Below are positions 38,601-50,289 of a stretch of 64,000 nucleotides of DNA, piece after piece. Location: assembly GCA_051362555.1 (NCBI GenBank), contig CM120640.1:4526001-4590000 (forward strand). Direction: 5' to 3'. Each line of letters begins with the position of its first letter. Within the stretch, counting starts at the first letter, position 1. The notes below the pieces were generated by a model. The model had not been told where the DNA came from, made no database searches, and saw only the letters and a program-made list of their open reading frames with translations. A program made the translations under genes and the position numbers. Source of the DNA: Lingula anatina (Eukaryota; Animalia; Brachiopoda).

Positions 38601-41600
38601 TGACAGTATATTTTAAGTATTGTGAAGATATGTTTTTACAGGAGCATCTTTTTTTTGGTGACCTTAAACATATTGGGCCTTTTAGGCTTGATAAAATTGA
38701 AATATTTCTAGTTTGAAGAGTAGATTCATTTGCTGTTTTAGATTTCAGTTTTGGTATTACAAGCTTATTTAACAATTTAAAATGTATAAGTACTGTGCTA
38801 TATTTTCCATTCCTGTGTTGATGCAAATTATTTTGAATTTTCATATCACATATACACTTTTGAGTGGTGTCAAGTCTACTTATTTCAACAAGGTTTCATA
38901 TTGATTTGTATTTCTGTCATTGTTGTGGAAGAAAGGTAATGTGTGGTCATTTTCTCCTTGTAATTGTTTGAACAGCCTTTATTAACAAGCTATCAAATTT
39001 GGTAGTTTTAACAGTTATGGAATTAAAGTAAGGAAAGATTGTGAGACAAATGATTTGATTTCATTTTCAGTAGTATGGGAAGTCCAGTCATTGCAGGTAT
39101 TTGTGCAATGAAGCTAGTTGAATAGATTTTATTTTGTGCCAAGTTAATACTGTTAGTTTTAATAATGTACATATTTGTATATAGGTGTAGTGTGCTATTT
39201 GTATGTTCATGATATTTTGTTTTGCATTCATGTTTTACCCTTTTTTCACACAGAATATTCTGTAGTTTTTGTGCTAAACGATGCAATTTGATAAGCTGAC
39301 ATGTTCCATGAGTGGTGCACTGGTTGTACGTAGGATAATAAAAAATAAACTTATTTTATTACTTAAATTTGTGTCAGTTCTCACATCTATTAATTCAGTT
39401 TCTTAAATTGATGTTTTTGGTTTACTGAGATAAAACTAAGCTGGTCTCTTTTCCTAAAATTACATTTGAGTGATAACTCTACATTACAGTCAAAACACTG
39501 TAAACAACTCGTAGAAATATATTCCATTTTACCTCAAATAAACTGCAGTTTTAGCAATTATTGAGAAATCTGTGCTTGCCATAGGACCACGCGACCCCCA
39601 TAGATGGCTATACTCTATAATTTCTTAAAGTTCTTCAAAAAAAGATAAAGCTCCATAAAGGGCTATACTCACATAATCTCTAAAAATTTTATTTTAAAAA
39701 AAGTTTTGGAAAAGAAAAGGGGAACTAACTTTAAATGTAGAGTTTAATTCATTAAGTATGGGAAAAGGGTCATTAACCCTAGGAAAATTTCATTTTTGAG
39801 CTAAAATGAACAGTTGTTATCCTTAAAATATGTATCATTTGAATGGTGTGTTCCAGTGTGGTTCTTATGAGCCAGTCACATTTCCTAGTTGGCCAGTGCT
39901 TGCGGAGTGCCTTAATTTCAGCTAGGAGGATGATGGCGGGTACATTGACATAACTGACCTTCACCCAATTCACAGAATTAACCACATCAGCCCTTCCTTT
40001 AAACCTAAGGCCCATTCCCAAATGAGACTATCGTTCTATGTAGATTGATCCAACTTTGTGGGGGGTCTCCCTGAATGCAATCAGATGAACATCCCTCCTT
40101 TCCGCATTCAATAGAATACAAGGAAAACCTATTGAGTCTACATAGGAAACGAGGAGGCATGTTTATCTCATTGCATTCAGCAAGAGTGCCCATGTAGTTG
40201 GGTCAATTTTAGTAGAAAAATAATTTCATTTGGAATAGGCCTTTAAACCCATAACCACTAACTCGAAGTGCAAATGACAATGAAGTAAAATAATGTTTGG
40301 TTTTTATCAAATTCAAAATTGAACAAAACAGTTGCAAATTTACATCTAAATTTTAATCATTAAAGTTCAATTTATATCCATGAATAATTATATCCATGGA
40401 AGCAAGCTTTCGGTCTATTCAGCTGTCTATTTAGCAGTCGATTCACTAGACCTTGATCAAGATGGCATCCACTACATGTTACTGCTGCCACATGTAGGTT
40501 TAACTAGTAGATACAGAAAACTAAATGGAGAAGTGTTAGGAGGCATTGTAACTCTAGCCAACAATGCCAGAAAGTGATGCTTACATAAATTAACAAGTAG
40601 CAATTAATAAAGTGATAAATTTGAATGCACATAATATAAATTAGTGAAGGTTTCTGGAATATAAACCTACTAGGCAAAACTTGCTAAACAAAGAAGTTTC
40701 TCATCTTTTACTTCAGCGGTGGAATTGGCCAGAGATCTGAGAAAGTTGATACTGAAGCTATATGGCAGTTTCTTGTCTGAAGATGGCAAGGTGTGTATGA
40801 TGTAGAGCTGCAAATCTAATCCTGGGGTCTGCTTTGCATAATAAAACAGAAGCCCAAAAGACCAAAACTTAAGTCCACTTTGACCTGGGATAAATTAGTA
40901 TTAGTAACATGGAAAGAGGAATATTGCATCTGCTTTTACCTGGGGGCTGACTACCATGAGTCTTGATTTTCAAACTTTTTGCATACCAAGATCAATACCC
41001 CCCCCCCCCCCATCACAATTTTTTAAATAGGAACTTGAGTCTCAGGCCAGCACTTTAATTTAACTACTTTGAATGTTTCTTGAAATGAAGTAGAATTAAT
41101 TTTTGACAAAAAGTTTAGAACAATTTTTTGGGCTTCAGGTTTTTATGTGAAACCAGTGCCTGGTACTTATACTAGTTATTTTTTACATGTACGTGTATTG
41201 TTGTTAACAATGATTTTCAATAACTAGGTTTGAACAAAATTTATATTACTTGTTACAACTCAAACATGAACATATATTTATGTGTGTGTGTTTGTGTATT
41301 GATAAGTCTGTCATCTATTAGGCAGTTGATTACAAGGGCATTGGTCAAAGTGAGGACTTTCAGAAGTATCTTGAGATGACCAGAGACCTACAAAGGGTTC
41401 AGATAGAGGATGCTAGTCGAGAAGAAAAGATTGCCTTCTTCATCAATATCTACAACGCTTTGGTCATTCATGCCACTGTGAAAAATGGGCCAGCTGTCAA
41501 CATTTGGCAGAGATACAAGGTAAGCCTGGAACATCATGAATTAAAAAAGTTATGTGGATAGTCGTACAAACACATTAAGATACTTTTTAACCCACCCACC

Positions 41601-43080
41601 CACCCAAAATAAAAATTTGATATTAATAATAACAACATTGGGGGGAGAATGTGTAGACAGAGGGCGGTGCAGAAATGGAAAGTGTTTACCCTGCACTTTA
41701 AAATAAAAGCACATGCCCCATACACATACAATTACTCCCAGATTTTGTGTTCCTTGAGCAGTTCAATACTAGTATATCTTGATACTCGTTTCAGTTTTTT
41801 AACAAGGTACGATACATTATTGGTGGTTATTCCTACTCTCTTCAAGACATTGAAAATGGTATTCTAAGAGCTAATAGGAAGGGTATTGGTAAGTCCAAGT
41901 AACATTGTTGCTTGTTTTGAATAGGAAAAAATGTGGCTAATGAGAGATTATGTATGAAATATTTCATTAATACAGAAATTGTGTTTCATTATGCATGAAA
42001 TATTTCATAGGTACAACTTGTAAAAATGAGCTTTATATAATACAGGATACTAAAATGGGCTCTGCCCAAAAATTTAATGGACATTATCCAATGGTAATAA
42101 CATGCAAGTACATTGTAAACCAATCATATTATTTTACCAGAATCTCAGACATGACAAGACATTTAGTAATGCAAGTGCTTTTCTTTAACTTTCTTCTAGG
42201 TATGCTATTTAAGCCATTTGGAAAAAGTGATCCCCGCTTGAAAGTGGCCTTACAAAAGCATGAACCACTTATCCACTTTGCCTTGGTGTGTGGAGCAAAA
42301 AGCTGTCCACCAATTAAGACCTATACATCTGAGGTAAGTTTTTGTTCAAGAGACACCCCAGTGTTACTGTTATTATGCATACATTTCATGTCTTCATATT
42401 TGTTCCATGTACACACTGAAAAATTTTAAGAAACATGAAAATATTTTTTAATATTTTTAAATATTATATTAACAATAGATTTTATAATACAAAATGTGAA
42501 ACCTACAATTTATTCTGGTGTTTGATAGGATGGTGATATGGGTATTTTTATTTTTCTGTTGCAGCGCATTTATGACCAACTGAACTTGGCAGCAAAGTCT
42601 TTCTTGGAGGGCGATGATGGGTGTTCAGTAGACATGGAAAACCATCATGTCAAGTTGTCCAAAATTCTGAAGTGGTATGGGGAAGATTTCGGATCAAATG
42701 ACGAAGAGGTATTTAAATGGCATGTTTAAGACACTTAATGGTTATTAATCAGGATACTTTTATGTGGTGACGTTTTACACAACATTTAATTATATTGTGT
42801 AGATTAGTTACCAGCTATGTTTTATGGCAGTAAAATTTTCTACTGGACTTACAATTGAGACCATTTAACAGTGTTAGTTTAAATCATATTTAGCAGTGTT
42901 AATGTTCTCTTGTGTACTGTAAGTTAAATTATTCTTTTACTTTGCATGTTGTAGGTTTTGCTGTGGGTCCATGAACATTTAAGAGAAGGGGACAAGAAAT
43001 CTCAAATTGCAGAACTTCTTGCAGAGAAATCATTTAAAATATCCTACTGGCCATATGACTGGGCAGTGAATGCAAAATAA
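29622..43080 (+). CDS. Glutaredoxin-DEP-DUF547 multidomain protein (class IV glutaredoxin-like), 487 aa; exons 29622-29846, 31798-31924, 32284-32451, 33193-33366, 40717-40790, 41322-41519, 41795-41888, 42200-42333, 42565-42708, 42955-43080
   Basis: Grx motifs CPHC, TVPQIF, GGNDD; DEP-like [13 protein letters not shown]...AIEMGQQLV...FYRL; DUF547 motifs [69 protein letters not shown]. Ten exons sum to 1464 nt with consistent phases and GT-AG sites. Confidence 0.92.
30177..31162. mobile_element. Mutator-type (MULE) palindromic MITE, 986 bp, 9-bp TSD
   Basis: GGGTGTACCTAATTACC ... GGTAATTAGGTACACCG; ~180-bp near-identical TIRs plus inner imperfect symmetry; TSD GAAGATTAG at 30168-30176 and 31163-31171. 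Confidence 0.88.
32843..33000. mobile_element. Small MITE with subrepeated TIRs, 8-bp TSD
   Basis: CGATAGTCCGAAGGTTCATTGGTCC / GGACCAATGAACCTTCGGACTATCG; TSD GTGTCAAC at 32835-32842 and 33001-33008. Confidence 0.85.
34113..36314 (-). mobile_element. Second HINE-type element (different family) built from stacked tandem duplications
   Basis: 5' hairpin TATGTACAGACACA-TC-TGTGTCTGTACATA (36281-36310) next to a GAC/GGCGAC microsatellite; 3' subTIR ATGTACAGACA (34134-34144) next to small hairpin GGCAGC-AAA-GCTGTC; inserted in an A/T run. Internal units ~300-340 bp x~2.5, ~403 bp x2, ~158-160 bp x~3. Confidence 0.75.
37300..37411 (+). promoter_or_regulatory. Putative nanos proximal promoter (CCAAT box, E-box)
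   Basis: GGACCAATCA (NF-Y-like) at ~37305-37314 and CACGTG at ~37329-37334, about 80-105 nt upstream of the ATG, in a locally CpG-rich patch. Confidence 0.4.
37412..38067 (+). CDS. nanos: Nanos-family CCHC zinc-finger RNA-binding protein, 162 aa; exons 37412-37506 and 37674-38067; nested in intron 4 of the Grx-DEP-DUF547 gene
   Basis: [51 protein letters not shown] is the nanos double CCHC finger; acaATGg start at 37412; phase-2 intron GTAAAA(37507)...TTTTTTTAAG(37673) joins the exons in frame. The first exon is less certain than the finger exon. Confidence 0.93.
39337..39380 (+). terminator. Probable nanos polyadenylation signal
   Basis: Two AATAAA hexamers (39337-39342, 39344-39349) followed by T/GT-rich TTTGTGTCAGTT, ending a ~1.3-kb U-rich tract after the nanos stop codon. 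Confidence 0.55.
40009..40241. mobile_element. PIF/Harbinger-like MITE; diverged relative at ~48232-48470
   Basis: GGCCCATTCCCAAATGA ... TCATTTGGAATAGGCC with TA-rich flanks; GTAGAACGATAATTTCATTGGGAAT at ~48440-48464 resembles the same terminus. Confidence 0.65.
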
Positions 43081-43758
43081 ATAGAGATATCTATATATAG
43101 TTAAACTTCAATTATATAAATGGAACATTACTTTTCTCAGTTGCTGTTAAATGGATTTCCTTGTAGAGCATTTAAAGGATTTTATGATAACTTTCACAGC
43201 GAAGACGCCGAGAAGACATGATCTGAGTTGAGAATATATAGCCTGAACTCAAGATTTGCAGTACTATGCAATAGAAAAGAATCTATACTTCTTAGATGTA
43301 AAAAAATTATACTTAAAACATTCTTGTGGTTTCTCAGGACTGCAGTTGTAAAATTATACAATTTTGGATGTTATATTTCAACGTTGTTATGTAAAATTAT
43401 GTCATATTACAATTTCTAAAACATTAATTGGTTCTAAAGACCATTCCATGTTCAGGTTGAAGAATATTTTTAAATGATGTTGTTAAACCTTTGTCTTTTG
43501 GTTTCTTTTAAATTATTTCTTGTTCTTGTTTTAGGTAAATGAATAAAAAACTATGAATGCCATGAATGAAAATTTTTGTTTATAATCTTTTCTTGCATCT
43601 TTTATAATCAAAACGTCTCAAAATTTATTTCTAACGAATAATCTATCTGTACACAAAGGAATGCAAAACAACTTTAAAATGTTGCAACTAAAATAAATAG
43701 GCAAAAATTGTTGAGTGGTAGAATTCATGGGGTTTCAAGTCCTGCAAAAGCATAATAT

Positions 43759-46700
43759 TTAATTCATTGTGGCATTAAGTGGTCTCCAATCTTGTTGAAT
43801 TGGGCTTTTTGAAGTGTATCTGGGTCCTGGTATCCATGGGCAGATAACAAAACACTCTTCCTCAGTGTGAGGGGAATATGCTCTAAATACTTGTCGAAAG
43901 CTATGACCTTGAGGTATGTTTACAGACTTCATGGTGTCCCATTGTTTCCAGGCAGTTCGCACTTGCTTCTTCCTCAGGGCTGAGTAGTATTTATTTACAC
44001 ACACGGATACCTGTGTTAAGAAGTTGAATTCAAATATTACATTAAGCAGATCCAACATAACTTAGTTTTGAAACAAATTTAACAAAAAAAAACAAGAATT
44101 TTAACTTACAAATGTCTAAAATATAAAAGGTTATCTAAAATATACAATACAGAAAAGTTACCTTTTTCCTGATGTTTGGCAAATCATCTATAGTTGGATT
44201 TTTTATTTCCCTCTTACTCAAACGCAGAATGGGCAGAGGGACCTGGTTGCGCTCAATAGGTGGAGCTGTCCAACCTCTGCATGTTCTCGAGGGTTCACGA
44301 TGTGGTTTGCAACCTGAAAAAAATTCCAGAAGAGATATTTGTAAAAATGAGCAAATAGAGGAAAATTTAATGCAGCAATCCTACTAATATACAACTGTTC
44401 TCGATGATATTAATCCAAACTAAACATGTTCAGAAAATACTTTATATTCTTTATGTACATTACCTGTCTTTGGTGCATTTATAATTTGAAATGAAATGAT
44501 TTTAAATTCAACCACATCCTTCATATTAAATTGAACTATATCCTTCTTAATTTTGCTTAAAATTTCAATTTTGCTAATTGTAAACCTGGACAATTGGGAT
44601 AAGAAGTGAGAATCGGAAAGTTATCTATACCTGCAGTAGGGGTGGTGCTACTCCTAGATGTCTCATGTACAGGATCATCAGTCGAAGGTGATGATGGCGG
44701 GCTAGGAGTACATTCAGTCAAAGGAGGTGGTATTGATGGGCGACGATTATCACGTTTACGTGTACTACTTCTAATAGGGAAATCAACACCATTTGCTGCA
44801 CTGGCTGAAAATTTTAGATAAGTAGAGGATCAGAGAGGTGATATGCCTATGGGTATTGTACCACCAGCTGGAGTAAGCGCATTCATATGGAAAACAAAAA
44901 CAGGGACATCACCTACAGTGTTGTGCTTGAAAAGCTCTACAAAATGCAACAAACATGAGGTCTCTAGCATTTACAGTTCCAGAATTAGAGAAAGTTTTCA
45001 GTTTCGGCATCTAATGGGTGCTTCTCCCTTGAAAATGTACTGATTGACCCCAAACTCAAGAAGATGAAAGATGACATTAAATATAACACCTGCCCATAAC
45101 ATTATTAGGTTAGGTCTGTGTAGCTTCTGAAAATCAGTAAATATAAAATTTATTTTGCAAATTTTTGTGTAATACAAGCCTGAACTTTTTTTTTTAATAT
45201 AAATACATGGTATAGTGAGGATGATAAAAACAGATAAGTACTAAAATTCATACAATCAAATAACACAACCAACATCAGAACCTTTTTTTTTTTTAATTTT
45301 CACTTAAATAAAAAAAACTTGAAAAAAGCTTGAGAAAAAAAACAGCCTTGTAATGATAAAACTCAAGACAGTTGAGAGAAAGTCACCTACCAAGCCTGCT
45401 CAGCTGTGGTAAAAGATGTACCTCAGGCAGCATACAAACTACACTTCCCTTCTCTGCCATGGTACGGACTGCCTATAAATTACAATAAATTATTTCTTCT
45501 AAATACTCAATAATGGTAGTTTTAGGGTATCTTCAGAGTGTCACTTATTCTAGTAGGGATCGTAAATATAAACTAAACAACTTACTGCTATACAAAATTA
45601 TAATAATAAATAATAAACATTATGATGAACAATTAAGACATTTTTAAATTAATACAATGAAGCATGTAGCATATTCACCGTCAAATCCGCGTTATCTGCG
45701 TAAATAGCTGTCCTCCTTGCACGCATGGCACCCTTGGATCCTATCTGCTCAGTTGCAAAAGTAAGCTTAAGTTTAGCCTTCTTAAAATGTTTCCCATCTT
45801 TGTCTTCATCTTCAAGAATTTTATCTCGCTTCTTTTTAGCTATGTCAGGACTATGCTTCTTTGCAGAGGATCCAGCTGGGACAACGAATAACAAAGGTTT
45901 GGCATAGGGTGAATCTTGGTCCTTTGCAATGGCTTGCATGTCTTTTAAATGCCGTGCTAACTGCCTGTCCGTCAGCCCAATTACTCTGGCACCGGCTGTG
46001 TAATGACTGATAACATGTGGTACTTGCCTGGCTTTCTGAGCGTAATAACGTGTTATCTCTCCAACTGAGTTCTTCAGCGCAAATTTTGTGATGGCAGAAA
46101 AAAACAAACTTTGACGTTTGCTATATTTTTCTCTTTTCTGTAACCTTGCTCTATCAGGATCTGCATTATAAAAAAAAAATTAATAGAAGTGCAGAAGAGG
46201 GCAGTTCCAGTAATGTATGTTTACTGTATATGCTGGGTATATATATGTTATAAGACAAAGCCAATCACCAAATGGCTGACCATATAAAAATTAGAGTTTT
46301 ATATTTTTCTTTTATTCTTGAATTTTTCATTAGGTACATGTACATACAAAGACAACATGCATGGTCTAACAGATTTCATGTCATACAACACAGTGTTGTT
46401 AAAAATCACTCACCAGTAAAATATGAAGCTAACGTACCTTCAGCCAGCATATCCAAATAGCGGTCTGTGGCAGTCATATGGTACAGAAATTCATCAAAGT
46501 CAATCTCACCACTGCCATCATTGTCTAGTTCTTTAAGAACACTGCTGATTTCTTCCTCAGATAATTCTACGTCCAGTTCCCTCATCAACTTGAAGAGTTC
46601 CCTACTATCTAAGCTTCCTCCTCGATCTGAGTCCAAGAGATCAAACACCTGAATTCAGAACAAAAAATGATATATGTCACTCTAAAAGTGAAAAATATAA

Positions 46701-47647
46701 AACATTTTATCATACCCATCCAAGAAACTAAATATCAAAATAATGGATGCATGTTACTTACCATTTGAAAGGTAAACAGTGATTTCTATTAAAATTGTTT
46801 TTTATCTTTCTATTGTCAACATACTGTACTTTAATTATAAAAATGATAATTCTACCATTTTATCACTTATTTATTTGCCCACTTCTTTCAAGTTACAAAC
46901 CTCCTTAAACATTCTTATCTGGTCATCACTCAATTCTTCATACCATCCTGGCTTAACTGCACCTATTGGAGTGTTCAATAATATTAAAATTATCAAGAGA
47001 CTGTAAGGATATTGGTCAAGGGAGTCAGCCATAAACATGCATTTCATCAGAGGTTATAATTAAGTTTTGTGTTTTAATGTTTTGTGCAATTCTTATTCTA
47101 ATTTTTAGAATGAATTACATGCTAAATACTTATTCTAATACAGTAATAGTACATGTAGTAGTGGTACGGACAAATCGATATTGCTATAAATGTAATGTCA
47201 CTAAACCGCCACTTGGACCACGTTACAAAAATGAAAACGATGACAAATTCAAAGCGCTTGGTCTTAAATCCAAACTTTTCATAGAGAACAATTCATACCA
47301 AAAGAGCCTAAAATAACAATACAAGATTCACCAACCTTTATCATCACCGTCGTCCTTGTCCATCAAAATTTCTTCAACAAACTGAATCTGCAAAAAAAGA
47401 GGGTTATTGTTTAGTCATATAAAAATATATATATTTAAAATAAACAAAATGCGACTGTCATACAATCGGGAATAAAGCTGCAAAATCACAATAATATTAA
47501 AACGGACAGAGAGTTTGGTGACAAAAAACCTCGTTCGAAATAACTCATACACAAGGTAAATGTGATATCAAATCCACCTACTTTTCGCTCTTTCTTTCCA
47601 TTTTCTTTGTTCTTTGACCCTTTCCCCTTCTGGCTGTTAGATATCAT
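43759..47647 (-). CDS. Uncharacterised EF-hand calcium-binding protein, ~510 aa; exons 47647-47582, 47387-47336, 46962-46901, 46648-46438 (alt. donor 46414), 46160-45679, 45472-45391, 44804-44631, 44313-44162, 44010-43759
   Basis: Calmodulin-like pair ELSDDQIRMFKEVFDLLDSDRGGSLDSREL...DNDGSGEIDFDEF; nine exons join in frame (1533 nt) with GT-AG sites; S/P-rich linker. Recalls EFCAB3/SPATA21-type proteins but orthology is unverified. Confidence 0.82.
44821..45140 (-). mobile_element. Diverged, array-less copy of the 9601-12190 HINE family
   Basis: 44821-44890 is the reverse complement of ~12120-12190 (3' subTIR and hairpin); ~44930-45130 matches the reverse complement of ~10060-10260. Confidence 0.8.
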
Positions 47648-47738
47648 TATTCCAACTTTTAGAATGGTACTGCGTTATATCTAAGTTATTGTTGTGCCCA
47701 TAATGTACCTCATCATGTGCAAATCGCACATGGTAGAT

Positions 47739-47792
47739 GTAAACAACGTATGACGTCATAATAGAGCTTGCGCATGCGTATACTTTACGTCA
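47739..47792. promoter_or_regulatory. Motif cluster upstream of the EF-hand gene (forkhead, CRE x2, NRF1)
   Basis: GTAAACA 47739-47745, TGACGTCA 47751-47758, TGCGCATGCG 47769-47778, TTACGTCA 47785-47792, 90-145 nt upstream of the minus-strand ATG at 47647. Confidence 0.55.
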
Positions 47793-50289
47793 TCACATTT
47801 TTTTTCTTTGCACGAAGATATACATGTAACTTATAGGCATTGGAAGTTTAATGGTTTTGATCGGGCTCATATCTCACTAATTCGACTTAACTTTTTTATC
47901 TTTGTTATTTCTTGTCAATACAAACATCTATTTATGTAGGTCTGAATTTAGGGATTTCAAAAACACAAGTGTAAATAGGACTAATAAGTGGGTTTTTGTT
48001 TTTTCAAACTGAAAATTTTCCGGGTAGGACCTTCATGGTCCATAGGTGATTTTTTTCTTAAATCCATAAACACAACCTCCATCCAATTTCCCCAACCTAC
48101 ATGTAAAACTAGATGTTTTTTTTCTTTTGAGTTGATGACAAACCGTTTTAATTTTAAAAGAGAGAGAGAGAGAGAGTGAGAGAGAAAGAGAGAGCCTCCG
48201 TTGTCTTAACGCATATATATAGAACTTAAATTAGGTCTCTTCAAATGAATGCCCACTACGTTTCGCGTGCACTTGGCTTCTGGAAGTTTTATCACTTCGT
48301 TTTTTGAATGCACACGTACGAAAGTTCATTTTCCCCCCTAGCTGCTTGATTAGGCGTCATTCAGTTAATCCAATGAGCTTTCAGTTGCATTTCCTTGGTC
48401 AGTCTGGTTGCAAACTGCCGCGGAATTGGATCGATTTACGTAGAACGATAATTTCATTGGGAATGCGACTTAAGAGATTACGTCGAATAATGATAAATCG
48501 GGTGTTTTCAAGAAAATTTACAATATTTTAAAAATAAACACTGAGAGTTTCACGAAGTAAGCGAACAAGCCTACTGGTAAATGATGTCAACATCCTCATC
48601 CCAACTTACATAAAAAGTTATAAAAAGGTATGATTCATTATGTTTCAATGTTATAATTCAACTTTAGATAATATATATTAGAGTATTTTAACTTTATAAT
48701 AACATTATGATTCACTGCTTAAAAGTAAGACGTAAATATTTTTTATTAAACTAGCATTATAGCAACATTATGTTAACGTTACTTTTTCTTTTAAGTTAAG
48801 TTACAGTAACAGTGCATCACTACTTTCAAAGTAATCAAACGCGTTTTATTAACGTTGTGTGACGCTGGGTTTTTTCCAACATTCATCCATCAAGTCTCCC
48901 CGGGAAACGTCTATTCAATCCAATAATTATCATACTTCATTTTCTCATAACGTTAATTATTATATAATACATCTTCGTGTCAATTTATTTTCCAGAAACT
49001 CTTGCTTGTTTTTACTGATGGTTTTAAATGGAGACCACGCTGTGATGTGGGATCATAGAACTGCCCATTGGTATTTATTGCTTCGTGGCGACTGGTAGCG
49101 ACTACCACGCTCAAACTCCAAACGACCCTCTGGGTTAACTAATCATTAAGAATCAATAGTTAACATGCAATTTACCACGCATTCGGAACGACAAAGTGGC
49201 TTTCAGACCGCATACTACAATAACGGTTCTTCCAGGTGTGAAAATCTATTCCATGTCGTCACTATCATGAAACCCCATGTTGCCTGGGTAGTTGCCTCTG
49301 ACTTTCATCGTCACGCTTCAGAAAAGTTATGAAGTACATTTACATCCCTTTTGCTGGTCCGGATTAATTCTAAATGTATGTTTCTTGTTATGTGGATTTG
49401 TCCCGTGTTGTCATATCATTTTCACATCTATTGAATAAGATAGGGCTAATGCGATTCATTGATTTGCGTTCAAAGAAATGACCATTAGAAAGAAGACAGG
49501 TGCTCAGATTTACTCTTCCGATTAATTATCATTGTATTTGGGCTTTTATTATTTACCATAGAGTGTAGAATGTCCCATTTCCTTTGTGCACCTAAAATAA
49601 AATCAATCTTTCCAACGATGGATTAGTGCGATACATAAATGCGTTTGGTTGCTTCCGTTGATATAACGCGTTTTTCCCATAGGTAAAGTTGACGGAGTTA
49701 TCGCATTTGAATTTACGTCCTGAACAGATAATCATAGCTGTATTACCGGTATTAATACCAGGTGAAAAGCCCTTGACAAAAAATTGTATTTATCTTTTCA
49801 ATTTTTATTGATGCACTAGTGGCAGTTGAGGCCGTGTAAGGACGAACGCGATTGGCTGTTGAAGGTTAAAACGTTTATGAAGCTTTGCTATTGACGGTGT
49901 TTGTATGTCAACAAAACTCCATCATGCTCTGCCATTATTCAAGTGAAATGAGTGGCAAAGCAAACAGGGTGAAGTACAGCGTATTCATTAGACCTTAACA
50001 CTCAGCAACAACGGACTATTTACATCAGTTTGGGGACCTACTGGTTGAGGCTATGACACCCATAGCACAAGGGGATTGACATTTACAAGTGATACTCGTA
50101 CTTCTAAAAGATGTTCACACGGTGACATGTCACCTTTTTAATCAATCTGGTGGTGTGTTGACATTTTATCTACGGGTTACCAAGGAATTATCATATGTGG
50201 ACTCCTAATTTGAGATGAACTGGGACACGTGTTATTTTAGCCAGTTGGAGGTAAAATCCATAACGTACATGATTTAACTACTTTTAAAA

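Noticed and set aside
34113-39380. nanos as Helitron-captured cargo or a retrocopy
   Set aside because: Both HINE termini lie upstream of nanos, and nanos retains an intron with no poly(A) tail or TSD.
43180-43230. SECIS element in the glutaredoxin 3'UTR
   Set aside because: No in-frame TGA in the reconstructed CDS and no convincing stem.
10123-45043. Similar peptides from ORFs 10123-10338 and 44843-45043 (STKC...SRIR.SFQFR.LM) suggesting a conserved microprotein
   Set aside because: Explained by two copies of the same non-coding HINE; starts and ends differ.
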